Assembly (NCBI GenBank): GCA_963801165.1 | Contig: CAWDDT010000003.1 | Coordinates: 147,350-211,349 of the forward strand | Direction: 5' to 3' | From: an uncultured bacterium | GTDB taxonomy: Bacteria; Actinomycetota; Acidimicrobiia; Spongiisociales; UBA5794 | DNA length: 64,000 bases | The notes under the pieces: generated by a model | Database searches by the model: none | The model's input: the letters and a program-made list of their open reading frames with translations, nothing else | What the model was told of the DNA's origin: nothing | Program-made: the position numbers and the translations under genes | Shown: in pieces, positions 8,496-19,064 of the stretch | Position numbering within the stretch: position 1 is the first letter of the stretch | Layout of the letters: every line of letters starts with the position of its first letter

Positions 8496-11000
8496 TTACA
8501 GGGTGGAGAGCCCTGCTGCCACAGAAGAGATCTGGTCCTGGACCTCAGGCTCTCGCTCGTAGTTGCTGTGCGACTCGTATGGGAACAATGGTTGGGCGGC
8601 TTCCCTGACCTCGATGTCTGCGGCGGGATCGGCGGGATCGAGCTCACCGCCGGGCGAGACGAACACCTTCTGCCCGATGTAGTCCGTGGGCCGCCATAGG
8701 CTGCGCCAGGCATGGCCGACATCATCGAGATCGGCCAGCGCATTGCGCAGGCTCTGGAAGCGGCCCGGCGTTCCGAAATGCCACGGGAAGTACGCCCCGT
8801 ATAGGCTCGACAGTGGTGAGCCGAACGTCACGAGCCCAGCTCTGGTCAAGGAGACGGCGGACGGAGCGGGTGCCCCGACGGTCTCCGGTGCCCGCCGTTG
8901 GCCCGACTCCTGGACCATGGCGTCGAGGTGATTGAACGTGATCTTGCCATCCGCTGCCGATTCGGAGCCGGCGGCCGTTTCTGCCTCGACGCGGTTTGGC
9001 ATGACCTCGGTCATGGCGATGTCCAGTGGCTCGTTCTCAGCCGCGATCTGGGCAAGAGCTGCAAACGCAATGACCGTTCCCTGGGAATGCGCCGAGACAA
9101 CCACGCCCTTGCCGTCGGCCAGGTGCTGCCTGATCCGGTTGCGGAACTCGGGGACCGCTCGCTCGGCGTAGCACGGCGCTGCCAGCGGGTGGAACCGGCG
9201 CGGCCAGAAGCTGAGCACGTCCCACACCTTTCCCAGCTGGCGTCTGCTGTCTCGAGACTTGGTGGTTGCCCGGATCAGCTGCACACCGGGGAACAGATAG
9301 AGCACGGTTGCCGTGGCCGCCCACGTGTGAAAGAAACTGAGACCGTCGATCCCGAAAAGGGGCGAGGCAAACCCGCCGTCGGGGCCCGGCGCCACATTGA
9401 AGCCGGAGGCGACCAGCTGACCGAGGTTGAGCGTCAGCATCACCACGGTGAGCGCTGCCAGGAGGCGGTCGGCATCGCCGGGCGTGGCGGCTATGACCCG
9501 GGCACGGGCCACCTGCCCAACCCAGCTGCGCTCGCGGTCGGGCAGCGAGTTGTAGTTCGCGTCCGCGCCGAAGTAGTCGTGAGTCACGGTCTCCGTCGGC
9601 TTGTCGGCGCGCCATATCGCCACTGCCACGATCAGCCCCGTGATCAGCAGTGAGAGCATGAAGATGTCGACCAGAACAATGTTGAACCCGTGTGCGCCGA
9701 CCCATTCCGCACCGAGCAGGAACCGTCCGAGGAGGTTGGCGACTGCCGTGAAGCCGGCCCCCGTGATGATCACGGCGAGGGCTGCGGCGAATCCGGGCAT
9801 CAAGGTCGTTGGCCAGCTGGTGGCGACATGTCGTTGCCGCTTTCTAGTTGCCAGCAGGATCACCATGATGAGCGCTCCGGTGTAGAGCAGAAACGACAGA
9901 CCGCGTACCGCCGACAGGTAGGCGAAGCCGGAACCGTCGCCGCGGAGCCAGGCGGTGAGCAGCCATCCGGCGATGCCACCGGCGACGGCTGAGCCGACAT
10001 GGGTGAGCATCCAGCCCACCCGGTCACCAGTGTCGGTTCCGGTGCGCTGACCTACCCGGGCGGCCTCGCGGAATCGCTCCGGCCCGGTGAGCGCCCACAG
10101 CATCGCCAGGACTGCCACGAGGATCGCAATCATCGCCGGCCATGCATCGGTCTGTGGAGCATGCCACCCGACCGTCTTGACGGCGTGGCCGGTGGCGGCT
10201 CCGAGCAGCACCATCGTCAACCCGAGGTGCCAGCGGAACAGCCGGCGATGCTCGGCCCACTTGTACCAGAAGGCCGGGTCTTCGAGCTTCGTGTTGCGGC
10301 GCAGCCTGCTGGTGTTGCGTTCAGCCAGCACCCCGATCAGACGTCGCGCGGTGTCGGTTTCGTAGCCCTCTAGCTTGTCCTGGGTACGGAGGATGAACAG
10401 AAACAGCCCGAGGATCACGATGGCGGCCAGCCCGACACCACATGTGATCAGCCACATATCATTCTGCGCACCGAACAGGGTGAGCGGAGCCATGTACCAG
10501 CGATCGGTGCAGGTGGTGTCGGCCCGGCAACCGAATGCAACCATCTCGGTTGTCAGGGAGACGATCCACATCACGTAGGTCGCCGTGATGGCCAACCCTC
10601 CGGCGACGATCACGAGCCGGGAGAACCACAGGGAAGAGCGTCGCAGCTCGTCGCGACGGTCGAGCTCGGAAGCGCTGGGCCGGAACATCCACCCGGCGAT
10701 GTTGATCAGAGTGAATGGGAACAGGACCCACCACAGCGCGGAGGTGCGGCTTCCCGAGGTGAGTCGACCCCATTCGTAGGCCTCGGTAGGTTGCGACGTT
10801 GGTGTCTCGGGACGGTAAAAGCCTGCAAGCTCGTCACCCGCCGTCTGCACTGCCGGTCCGTTGAGGATCTCCTCAGCCGTGGCTCCACCGACCCCCCTGA
10901 TCTCGAGAAGCATCACCTCAGCCACTCCAACCTCCCGTGTCGACGTTTCGAGTCTATAGGCCGGGGTCGCGAGGAGAAGGGGTAGAGACGACCGGTTCAT
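8496..11000 (-). CDS. Large integral membrane protein with alpha/beta-hydrolase-like motifs
   Basis: About 10 hydrophobic segments; C-terminal AHSQG nucleophile elbow, TFGSPL, RPTDYIG and HSNY. Confidence 0.75.
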   Translation of the reverse strand: MNRSSLPLLLATPAYRLETSTREVGVAEVMLLEIRGVGGATAEEILNGPAVQTAGDELAGFYRPETPTSQPTEAYEWGRLTSGSRTSALWWVLFPFTLINIAGWMFRPSASELDRRDELRRSSLWFSRLVIVAGGLAITATYVMWIVSLTTEMVAFGCRADTTCTDRWYMAPLTLFGAQNDMWLITCGVGLAAIVILGLFLFILRTQDKLEGYETDTARRLIGVLAERNTSRLRRNTKLEDPAFWYKWAEHRRLFRWHLGLTMVLLGAATGHAVKTVGWHAPQTDAWPAMIAILVAVLAMLWALTGPERFREAARVGQRTGTDTGDRVGWMLTHVGSAVAGGIAGWLLTAWLRGDGSGFAYLSAVRGLSFLLYTGALIMVILLATRKRQRHVATSWPTTLMPGFAAALAVIITGAGFTAVANLLGRFLLGAEWVGAHGFNIVLVDIFMLSLLITGLIVAVAIWRADKPTETVTHDYFGADANYNSLPDRERSWVGQVARARVIAATPGDADRLLAALTVVMLTLNLGQLVASGFNVAPGPDGGFASPLFGIDGLSFFHTWAATATVLYLFPGVQLIRATTKSRDSRRQLGKVWDVLSFWPRRFHPLAAPCYAERAVPEFRNRIRQHLADGKGVVVSAHSQGTVIAFAALAQIAAENEPLDIAMTEVMPNRVEAETAAGSESAADGKITFNHLDAMVQESGQRRAPETVGAPAPSAVSLTRAGLVTFGSPLSSLYGAYFPWHFGTPGRFQSLRNALADLDDVGHAWRSLWRPTDYIGQKVFVSPGGELDPADPAADIEVREAAQPLFPYESHSNYEREPEVQDQISSVAAGLSTL

Positions 11001-11090
11001 CTTGTCGATGGTTGCCGCGGGAGCGCACCGCCCTAGCCCATACGGGGAAGTGGTCTAGACAATTCGATCGCGGGCGACGACACTAGGGTC

Positions 11091-11795
11091 ATGGAACCTA
11101 TCTCATTGAGCGTCGCAGACGTCACATACGCCCAGCTCGCCGGCACTATCGACCACTCGCTTCTCAAACCCATGTTGACCATCGATGACATCGTGGCAGG
11201 CTGCAAGCTCGCCGCCGATTACGAGGTTGTGTCGGTGTGTGTGCGACCCGCTGATGTCTCGTTGGCGGCTGAGCAACTGCAAGGGACGCAGGTGGCCGTT
11301 GGCACGGTGATCTCTTTTCCGCATGGTGACTCGGCCACCGCGATCAAGGTTGCCGAAGCGAAGCAGGCCCTCGAGGACGGTGCCGTCGAGCTCGACATGG
11401 TCCTCAACATCGGCCGGTTGCTTTCCGGCCGAGGCGAAGAAGTGCAGGAGGATATCGCCGCCGTCGTTGCCGTATCGGGCGATGCCATCGTCAAGGTGAT
11501 CTTCGAGAACGCCTATCTCACCGATGAGCAGAAGATCACCGCCTGTCATCTGGCTGAGGCTGCCGGCGCCGACTATGTGAAGACCTCGACCGGCTACGCA
11601 CCGAGCGGGGCCACGATCGCGGATCTCCGTCTGATGAGGGCCAACGTGAGCCCGAGGATGAAGGTGAAGGCCGCGCACGGGGTGCGCACCCTGGACGCTC
11701 TCCTGGCAGTGATCGAGGCCGGTGCAGATCGGTGTGGTGCCACCGCAACGGCGACGATGCTGGACGACTACCGCGCCCGGACCGGGGCGCACTAG
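11091..11795 (+). CDS. deoC: Deoxyribose-phosphate aldolase family protein
   Basis: IDHSLLKP, VISFPHG, ELDMVLN, KVIFE and the Schiff-base motif VKTSTG. Confidence 0.88.
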   Translation: MEPISLSVADVTYAQLAGTIDHSLLKPMLTIDDIVAGCKLAADYEVVSVCVRPADVSLAAEQLQGTQVAVGTVISFPHGDSATAIKVAEAKQALEDGAVELDMVLNIGRLLSGRGEEVQEDIAAVVAVSGDAIVKVIFENAYLTDEQKITACHLAEAAGADYVKTSTGYAPSGATIADLRLMRANVSPRMKVKAAHGVRTLDALLAVIEAGADRCGATATATMLDDYRARTGAH

Positions 11796-11894
11796 GAGGG
11801 TGCTGTTTAATCGCCGTGAAGGCTACGCAATGCCCCGACATGCCCAGGTGCCTATCAAGGTATCGAGCCTGAACTGGAATTATTCAGCACACTC

Positions 11895-12794
11895 CTAGTA
11901 GCGCAACGCTCCTGCCAGCGCTGCACCAACCGCCCCCGCGTACCGGCCGAACGTGGCCGGCACGATCTCGAGCTTGTCCGTTGGCACGAGCGTGACATGA
12001 CGTTTGACGGCTTCTCTGATGGGGTCGAGGATGAGATCGCCCGCCCCGGCGATGCCCCCTCCCACAATGATGCGGTCCGTGCCGAACATCGCCACCACGT
12101 TTGCCAGGCCGATGCCCAGGTAGTTGGTCATCCGCGCAATGGCGATCCGACAGCGCTGGTCGCCTTCCCGTGCCCCCACAAAAACATCCTCTACGCTCGA
12201 CCTGCCGGCATCCGCAGTGAGCACATCGGACCGTATCAGCGCCTCGAGACACCCCCGGTTGCCGCAGCCACACAGCGGGCCATCGGGCACGATCGTTTGA
12301 TGTCCCAGCTCGCCGGCGACGCCGAAGGCGCCGAGGTGAAGCTTTCCATCGATCATCAGGCCGCCGCCGACACCGGTCCCGAGCGTGATGCAAGCCACCA
12401 CTCCGTGGCCCTTGCCGGCGCCGAGGACACCCTCAGCGAGGGTGAACGCACGGGCGTCGTTGACCATCCAGACGGGCATGCCCAGCCCGTCTTCGAGACG
12501 ATTACGCAGTGGGAAACCTGGCCACGGCCCGGGTAGGTTGGGGAAGAGCTTGATCCGACCATTGCTCGGGTCGAAATGGCCCGGCACGCCGAGTCCAACC
12601 GTCTCGGCTCCGGAGTTCGTGAGTGCTGTGCGGCCCGCCGCGACGAGATTGGCGGCAACTCCGTCCGGTCCCGCGGACGCTCCGGTGTCCACCGTCTCGT
12701 TGGAGACGAGGCGAAAGGAGTCGTTCTCCTGCTCCAGGACCGCAACCTTGATGTTGGTTCCACCCAGATCGAGACCGAGGTGGAGCGTGGTCAT
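11895..12794 (-). CDS. ROK-family sugar kinase
   Basis: GLDLGGTNIK, NDARA, TLGTGVGGG and GELGH...CGCGNRGCLE. Confidence 0.92.
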   Translation of the reverse strand: MTTLHLGLDLGGTNIKVAVLEQENDSFRLVSNETVDTGASAGPDGVAANLVAAGRTALTNSGAETVGLGVPGHFDPSNGRIKLFPNLPGPWPGFPLRNRLEDGLGMPVWMVNDARAFTLAEGVLGAGKGHGVVACITLGTGVGGGLMIDGKLHLGAFGVAGELGHQTIVPDGPLCGCGNRGCLEALIRSDVLTADAGRSSVEDVFVGAREGDQRCRIAIARMTNYLGIGLANVVAMFGTDRIIVGGGIAGAGDLILDPIREAVKRHVTLVPTDKLEIVPATFGRYAGAVGAALAGALRY

Positions 12795-12807
12795 GGTTGG
12801 TGCCGCG

Positions 12808-13800
12808 TCACGACTCGGTGATCCTGGTGTATGCGGCCGCGACGACGACAATCATCGCTCCGAACAGGATCTGACGCACCGCTTCCGGGTACCCGAGCGA
12901 GGACAGGATCGACGCGATGACGGTCAGGATGAGCGCACCGATCATCGTGCCGCTGTAGCTGCCCCGGCCGCCCAGGATCGACGTCCCTCCGATCACCGCC
13001 GCGGCGACGGAAGGGAGCAGCGCAGTGTCGGCGAGGGTGACGCTGGCGACATTGGTGAGACCGGAGTAGAGGAAGCCGGCGATACCGGCGAGCACACCGG
13101 AGATCGCATAGAGCATGGTGAGCACCTGCCATGACTTTGCACCCGACAACCGGGCGGCGATCGGGTTGTCGCCTATGGCATAGAGGAGGCGACCGAACCC
13201 GGTACGGTTCAACAGAAGTACGACGAGAACCGCCAGGGGGATGAACACGAACAGGCTGACCGGGATGACGTCGGCCAGCAACTTGCCGCCGAGCGTGCGA
13301 AACTCGTTCGGCACCCCCGACCCCGTCTGCACCCGCTTCAGCTGCCACCAGTTGGCCAAACCGAGCACGACCAGGCTCATGCCCAGTGTCATGATCAGAG
13401 GATGCACCCGGAAGACGCCTGCGCCGATCCCGTTGACGAAGCCGATGATTGCCGAAACCGCCAGTGCGATGAGGATGGCAACCGCCAGGCCGGTGTCATT
13501 GACAAGCGTTGCGACGAGGAACCCGGACATCGAGGCGACCGCGCTCACCGATAGGTCGATGCCCGCGGTGAGCATGGTCATCGTCTGGCAGCCGGCCAGG
13601 ATCGCCAGGGGAACTGCCGCTCGGAGCATCACTCCTGCCCAGTTGAGGGTGACGATCCCGGGGCGGATCACCTGGCTGAGGATCACGAGGATGGCGAGGA
13701 GGCCCAACAGCGGGATGATGGGACGCTCCCGGAACAGGGTCCGGACGGCTGCAGGCGATCGTGGCCCTCTTGCCAGAGTCGCGTCGGTCACGTCGCTCAC
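12808..13800 (-). CDS. Sugar ABC transporter permease (RbsC-like)
   Basis: GIDLSV, GRLLYAIGDNPIAARLSG, AAAVIGGTSILGGRG. Confidence 0.92.
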   Translation of the reverse strand: MSDVTDATLARGPRSPAAVRTLFRERPIIPLLGLLAILVILSQVIRPGIVTLNWAGVMLRAAVPLAILAGCQTMTMLTAGIDLSVSAVASMSGFLVATLVNDTGLAVAILIALAVSAIIGFVNGIGAGVFRVHPLIMTLGMSLVVLGLANWWQLKRVQTGSGVPNEFRTLGGKLLADVIPVSLFVFIPLAVLVVLLLNRTGFGRLLYAIGDNPIAARLSGAKSWQVLTMLYAISGVLAGIAGFLYSGLTNVASVTLADTALLPSVAAAVIGGTSILGGRGSYSGTMIGALILTVIASILSSLGYPEAVRQILFGAMIVVVAAAYTRITES

Positions 13801-14795
13801 CTTTCCCTCCGGAGCTGGACGAAGCTGCCGATCATGACAACGCCGACGAGGATGAGCCCTTGTGCCACCGTTGCCAGGTTGGTGTTGACATTGAGGAACG
13901 TCATGTCGGTGCGGAGCAGGGACAGGATCACGACGGCGATCACCGGTCCGAACACCCCGCCGCGGCCCCCGGCGAGGCTGACGCCTCCCAGAACCACTGC
14001 GGCGACGCTCATCAACGTGTATGGCCCCGGGACCGGCGATCCGATACCGGTGTTGGCCGTCAGCGAGAGCCCGGCAAGGGCCGAGAACAGACCGGCAAGC
14101 ATGTAGGCGAAGATCTTGGTGCGGATCACCGAGACGCCGCTGCGGAAAGCAGCCACGGGGTCACTACCGATGGCGTACAGCGAGAGGCCCAAGCGCGATC
14201 TCCGTATCGGGATCCACACCAACGCGATCACGACGAACAGCACCACGGCCGCCTGTGGCAGCCAGGTGAAGATGAGCGGGCCTCTGGTGAGATCACTGAG
14301 CCACTTAGCCGACCCGCCTCCCGGTCGCTTCAAGACGAGTAGTGCGCATCCGGCCCACACATACAACATGGCCAGGGTCACCACGATGTCCGGCACCCGG
14401 GTGACGACCACCAGCGATCCGTTGATCGCACCCAGGGCGAGACCCAGCAGAAGCACCCCGATGACGATCGCCACGGCAATGCCTTCGCCGCGATCCTTCA
14501 TCAGCGAAGCCGAGATGACACTTGTCAAGGCCATCATCGACCCGACCGAGAGGTCGATACCACGGGCGAGTACGGCGCACGTCTGCGCGACGGCCGCCAG
14601 CGCCAACGGCAGCACCGATATCGCCAGACCCTGGATACCGGCGGCGCCGTATTTCGGCTGAATGATCTTGGTGGCCACCAAGAGCAGGGCGAGGATACCT
14701 ACGAGCCCCAGAGTCCACAGGTTGCGCCGGAGGGTGGTGACGATCATCCCGTCGGGGCGTGAGAGCGCTTGCTGAGTGTCGGCCGTCGCGGTCAC
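13797..14795 (-). CDS. Sugar ABC transporter permease (RbsC-like)
   Basis: GIDLSVG, LYAIGSDPVAAFRSG, AAVVLGGVSLAGGRG. Confidence 0.92.
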   Translation of the reverse strand: MTATADTQQALSRPDGMIVTTLRRNLWTLGLVGILALLLVATKIIQPKYGAAGIQGLAISVLPLALAAVAQTCAVLARGIDLSVGSMMALTSVISASLMKDRGEGIAVAIVIGVLLLGLALGAINGSLVVVTRVPDIVVTLAMLYVWAGCALLVLKRPGGGSAKWLSDLTRGPLIFTWLPQAAVVLFVVIALVWIPIRRSRLGLSLYAIGSDPVAAFRSGVSVIRTKIFAYMLAGLFSALAGLSLTANTGIGSPVPGPYTLMSVAAVVLGGVSLAGGRGGVFGPVIAVVILSLLRTDMTFLNVNTNLATVAQGLILVGVVMIGSFVQLRRER

Positions 14796-16366
14796 TGTTC
14801 CATGCCTCCCACATCTTTTTGCGCGCCCCCCTCAGTCTGTACCGCCACAACTGCTTCCTCGGGCAGGAGCGAATCGGAGCTCAGATTGTGTGCCGCACGA
14901 AGGAGGGTGGCCTCGTCGGCATCCGCAGCGTCGACCTCGGTGACCACCTCACCGGCGAAGATCACGATCGCCCGGTCGCAGACGAGCTGGATCTCGCTGA
15001 GATCCGATGTGTAGAGAAGGATCGCCGCCCCGGCGGTGGCCAGCTCGCGCAGCAGCGGATAGAGCTGGTGTTTGGTGCGGATGTCGATCCCACGGGTCGG
15101 GTCGAAGCACAGCATCGTCTTCACACCGGTTGCCAGCCACCGGGCGATCGTCACCTTCTGCTGGTTCCCTCCGGAGAGAAATCCAACCTCGCGTTGGGCG
15201 CGGGTCTCGATCTGGAGACGTTCGATCGCATTGTCTATGTGGGGCTTCTCCTTCCTTGCGCTGATCGGCCCCCACTTGCGCATGCGGACACTGAAGGGGA
15301 GGGCGATGTTGTCGCGCACGGAACGCTGCATCAGCAGCGCTTCGGCCCGGTCGGCCGGGACGAAGACGACTCCTTCGCGTATCGCATCGGCCGGATGACG
15401 GAAGGAGACAGACTTCCCGTCGACGAGGACCTCGCCGGACAAGGGGCGATCAGAGCCGGCGAGGATATCGAACAGCTCGTCTTGACCCTGGCCCTCGAGT
15501 GCTACGACACCAAGAACCTCGCCTGAATACAACTCGAAGGAGACGTCGCGTAGCCGGGTATCCGCAGCGAGGTTGCGCACCTCGACGCGGGGCCGCTCGC
15601 CGTCGCGTTGCGCAGCTCGGGACTCGCTGCCTCGGCGACTGATGTTGGCTACGACCTCACCGAGCATGAGCTCGACGATCCGGTCGGCCGAATCGGGCGT
15701 CACGTCGACGACGCCGACTGTCTCGCCTTCACGTAGAACGGTGGCGCGGTCGCAGACCGAGCTGATCTCGGTCATCCGGTGGGTGATGAAGATGGTGCTG
15801 CCGCGGCCTCCCCGCCTACCGTTGACCACTTCGAGGACCCGTTCGGTGAGGTTCGCCGGGAGCGCTGCGGTCATCTCGTCGAGCATCAGCACGTCCGGAT
15901 CGATGGCCAGGGCGCGGGCGAGGTCGATGATGCGTAACGAGGCCAGTGGCAGGTTGCGGGCCATGGTGGAGAGATTGAGCTCGCCGAGACCGAGCCGGCT
16001 TATCCATTCGCGAAACGGTCCAAGAGGTGTCTCGGTCAGCCGGAGGTTGGAGTGGATGTCTAGATCGGGGATCAGGGCCGGTTCCTGGTACACCGACACG
16101 AGGCCACCCCGGCGCGCCTCCGCGGGCGAATGTACACGCCGTTCCGTGCCGCGTACTTTGATCAGGCCGCCGTCGGGACGTATCCCACCGGTGAGGATCT
16201 TCACAAGCGTGCTCTTGCCCGCGCCGTTGGCCCCGACCAGCGCGTGCGTCTCGCCGGGCAGCACCCGTAGCGAGGCCGACTTCAGCGCAACCACAGCACC
16301 GAATCGCTTCGAGACGTCGGTCGCTTCGAGCAGGTACTCGGTTGTGTCACTCATCGTTGCACTCAT
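14792..16366 (-). CDS. Sugar ABC transporter ATP-binding protein (two ABC domains, RbsA-like)
   Basis: GANGAGKS, LSGGNQQK, DPTRGID. Start uncertain (16366 or 16354). Confidence 0.92.
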   Translation of the reverse strand: MSATMSDTTEYLLEATDVSKRFGAVVALKSASLRVLPGETHALVGANGAGKSTLVKILTGGIRPDGGLIKVRGTERRVHSPAEARRGGLVSVYQEPALIPDLDIHSNLRLTETPLGPFREWISRLGLGELNLSTMARNLPLASLRIIDLARALAIDPDVLMLDEMTAALPANLTERVLEVVNGRRGGRGSTIFITHRMTEISSVCDRATVLREGETVGVVDVTPDSADRIVELMLGEVVANISRRGSESRAAQRDGERPRVEVRNLAADTRLRDVSFELYSGEVLGVVALEGQGQDELFDILAGSDRPLSGEVLVDGKSVSFRHPADAIREGVVFVPADRAEALLMQRSVRDNIALPFSVRMRKWGPISARKEKPHIDNAIERLQIETRAQREVGFLSGGNQQKVTIARWLATGVKTMLCFDPTRGIDIRTKHQLYPLLRELATAGAAILLYTSDLSEIQLVCDRAIVIFAGEVVTEVDAADADEATLLRAAHNLSSDSLLPEEAVVAVQTEGGAQKDVGGMEQ

Positions 16367-16437
16367 CGGTGTCTTACAAGGCTGTTGCGCCGGAGGGTAC
16401 CGGCGCAACAGCGATGTCAGCGTACCGCCGGGCCTGG

Positions 16438-17637
16438 CTACTCGCCAGGGCCTACGCAGGCAACGGCCTGCTCGGGGGTGTAGTGCGTGTAGCCCTCGAT
16501 CTGGAGACCGAGCGGCCAGAGTGGATCGAGCCCATCTACCTGCCAGGACTGGAGCAAGGCCTTGCCTGAGTCGGTGATGTTGTCCGCCAGAACCGGAGTG
16601 AGCAGAACCGTGTTCGGTTGCGTTGCATCCGCAGCCGTCTCGACCTGCTCACCGTCGAGCAGCTTGAGCGCCAGGGCGACGCCTGCGCCACCAACGGCAG
16701 CCGTGTTGGTTACCGCCGAGCCCTCGAGACCGGCATAGTTCGTCGTATCGAGAAGCTGTGTCACGAAGGCACCGAGGTCGGCGCCAACGATCGGCACGTA
16801 GTCCATGTTCGCCTGCTGGATGGCATCGACGACCTGGGAGTCCATGCCGGACGTCCAGATTCCGTCGGTGTCGCCGTATTGGCCGCTGGCGATCCAGTCG
16901 TTGATCAGCTGGGTCGTGGTTGCCGGGTCCCATCCGGTGGCGACACCATCGAGAGTGGGCAACACGTTGATGTTGGGATACTCATCCAGTGCCATCTTGA
17001 AGCCGATGTCGCGATCGGAGTCGGCAGGGTGCCCCGCCAGGCCACGCATGTAGTAGACGTTGCCCTCACCGCCGAGCTGCTCGAACAGCCACTTGGCGCC
17101 CAGATAGGCGTACTGGATCTGGTTGTTGTACAGGTTGTATGTATCCGCGTTGGTCACGTAGGCGTCCACGGAAATCGTTCGGATGCCTGCCGCGTTTGCC
17201 TCCTCCAGGGCCGGGTTCAGCGCATCCGGGTCGTTTGGGTTGAACACGATGGCGTCCACCCCGGCGGCGATCAGGTCACGGATGTCCGAGAGCTGACCGG
17301 CGGCGTCGGTGTTGCGGTGGATCGTGATGAGCTTGGACACCTGTCCAGATGCCAGTGCTTCGGCCTTTGCGGTGCACACTTGCTCCTCGCGGAAGCCGTT
17401 GCCGACGCCACCACCATTCGAGTATCCGATGGTGTACATCGTGTGCTCGGCCATCGTGGTGGTTGAATCGCCACCCGATGCCGCAGCTGTTGTGGTGGTT
17501 GAATCGCCACCCGATGCCGCCGCTGTTGTGGTGGTGCTGGTTGTGTCATCTCCTCCGCAGGCAGCGGCCAGCAACGCCAGCGCCGCCATTGCCACGAAGA
17601 ACCTGAACCATGTCCTTGACCATCTCTTGTGGGTCAT
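16438..17637 (-). CDS. Sugar ABC transporter substrate-binding lipoprotein
   Basis: AGGAGG RBS, lipobox LAAAC, Thr/Ala/Ser linker and periplasmic-binding-protein type 1 motifs. Confidence 0.9.
   Translation of the reverse strand: MTHKRWSRTWFRFFVAMAALALLAAACGGDDTTSTTTTAAASGGDSTTTTAAASGGDSTTTMAEHTMYTIGYSNGGGVGNGFREEQVCTAKAEALASGQVSKLITIHRNTDAAGQLSDIRDLIAAGVDAIVFNPNDPDALNPALEEANAAGIRTISVDAYVTNADTYNLYNNQIQYAYLGAKWLFEQLGGEGNVYYMRGLAGHPADSDRDIGFKMALDEYPNINVLPTLDGVATGWDPATTTQLINDWIASGQYGDTDGIWTSGMDSQVVDAIQQANMDYVPIVGADLGAFVTQLLDTTNYAGLEGSAVTNTAAVGGAGVALALKLLDGEQVETAADATQPNTVLLTPVLADNITDSGKALLQSWQVDGLDPLWPLGLQIEGYTHYTPEQAVACVGPGE
17456..17527. repeat. Two-copy 36-bp tandem repeat encoding the TTTTAAASGGDS lipoprotein linker
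   Basis: GTGGTGGTTGAATCGCCACCCGATGCCGC(A/C)GCTGTT occurs twice. Confidence 0.9.
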
Positions 17638-17735
17638 TGCCCCTCCTCCTGAGAGCGTCATAGTTACCGGAGTCTGCCGTCTGTAGCGTTGGCTTCGCTC
17701 AGGCGAACCTCCGGCTCTCGACCTGTGACACTATA

Positions 17736-17753
17736 ATCCTCGATAATCGATCA
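17736..17753 (-). promoter_or_regulatory. Regulon operator copy 1, in the spacer of the sugar ABC promoter
   Basis: The minus strand reads TTGGAT-GATCGATTATCGAGGAT-TATAGT (17-bp spacer); the 18-mer is identical to 33939-33956. Confidence 0.75.
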
Positions 17754-17909
17754 TCCAACTGGGGCGAGTCTCTCCATTTCCTCACATCGGTGTCGACAAC
17801 GGGTGGCCCGGCGGCTGGATTGGATCAGGTCGGCGACCACGCTGGCACCGGTGACACCTAGCGGGCGGGGGTTCGGCCGCTTATGTTGGCTCTGGCAGAT
17901 CGGAGGCGT

Positions 17910-19064
17910 ATGGCATTCAGCGAGATCAGGGCCGGGGTGGTCGGAGTCGGATTCATCGGCCTCGCCCACATCGAGGCGCTTCGCCGCATCGGCGTGCGCG
18001 TAGTCGGCGTTGTCGCCTCGAGCCCGGATCGGGCCAGAGCAAAGGCAGACGCAGTCGGTGTCGGGCGTGTCTACGACAGCGTTGCTGCGATGGCAGCCGA
18101 TCCCGACATCGACGTCGTTCACATCGCCAGCCCGAACTACGCACACGCCGACCAGGTGCGGATCGTGATTGCCGCCGGCAAGCACGTGGTTTGTGAGAAG
18201 CCGTTGGCGCTCGACTCGAGCGACACAGCCGATCTGGTGGCGCGTGCCGCAAACACGGGGTTGGTCAATGCGGTCTGTTTCAACATCCGCTTCTACCCGG
18301 CCAACCATCAGGCGATGGCAATGGTCGCGGCCGGCGGCATCGGGGAGCCGAGGCTCATCACGGGCTCGTACCACCAGGACTGGCTGCTGCGCGATACGGA
18401 TTGGAACTGGCGTCTCCAGCCCGATCAGGCGGGACAGTTGCGTGCCGTGGCCGACATCGGCTCGCATTGGCTCGATCTCACCAGGTTCATCGCCGGTCGT
18501 CGCGTGGTCGAGGTCATGGCGGATCTCCATACCCTCGTGCCGACACGGCGCCATCCGGCCGGGCCGGTTGAGACATTCGCGGCAGTCTCGGCAGGCGCCG
18601 ACCTGGTTGAGGAGGAGATGCACAGTGACGATGCTGCCGGCATCCTCCTCCGATTCGAGGGCGGAGCCAGAGGGGCGGTGACCATTTCCCAGGTCTCGGC
18701 CGGGCAGAAGAACTCCCTGCGCTACGAGATCGCCGGCAGTGAGTCGGCGCTGCGCTGGCATTCCGCGCAGCCGGACGACCTGTTCATCGGCCATCGTGGC
18801 CAACCGAATGAGACCCTATCCCGGGACGCCGGTCTCTACTTACCGCAAGCAGCGGCCCTGGTGGCGTACCCGGGCGGTCACGTCGAAGGGTTCCCCGATA
18901 CCTTCCGGGCTCTGTTCTCGCGGGTGTATGCGGACGTTGCCGACGGAGCGCCGGCCGCCGTACCCGCCTACCCGACTTTTGCCGACGGTCACGACGCGGT
19001 GCTGGTGACAGATGCGGTTGCCAGGAGCCACCGGGAGCAACATTGGATACCCGTCCAGAGATGA
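17910..19064 (+). CDS. Gfo/Idh/MocA-family oxidoreductase
   Basis: GVVGVGFIG, HVVCEKPLA, DIGSHWLD. Confidence 0.93.
   Translation: MAFSEIRAGVVGVGFIGLAHIEALRRIGVRVVGVVASSPDRARAKADAVGVGRVYDSVAAMAADPDIDVVHIASPNYAHADQVRIVIAAGKHVVCEKPLALDSSDTADLVARAANTGLVNAVCFNIRFYPANHQAMAMVAAGGIGEPRLITGSYHQDWLLRDTDWNWRLQPDQAGQLRAVADIGSHWLDLTRFIAGRRVVEVMADLHTLVPTRRHPAGPVETFAAVSAGADLVEEEMHSDDAAGILLRFEGGARGAVTISQVSAGQKNSLRYEIAGSESALRWHSAQPDDLFIGHRGQPNETLSRDAGLYLPQAAALVAYPGGHVEGFPDTFRALFSRVYADVADGAPAAVPAYPTFADGHDAVLVTDAVARSHREQHWIPVQR

Noticed and set aside
17456-17527. Repeat as a mobile or regulatory element
   Set aside because: It is an in-frame duplication in a flexible lipoprotein linker, which is ordinary.
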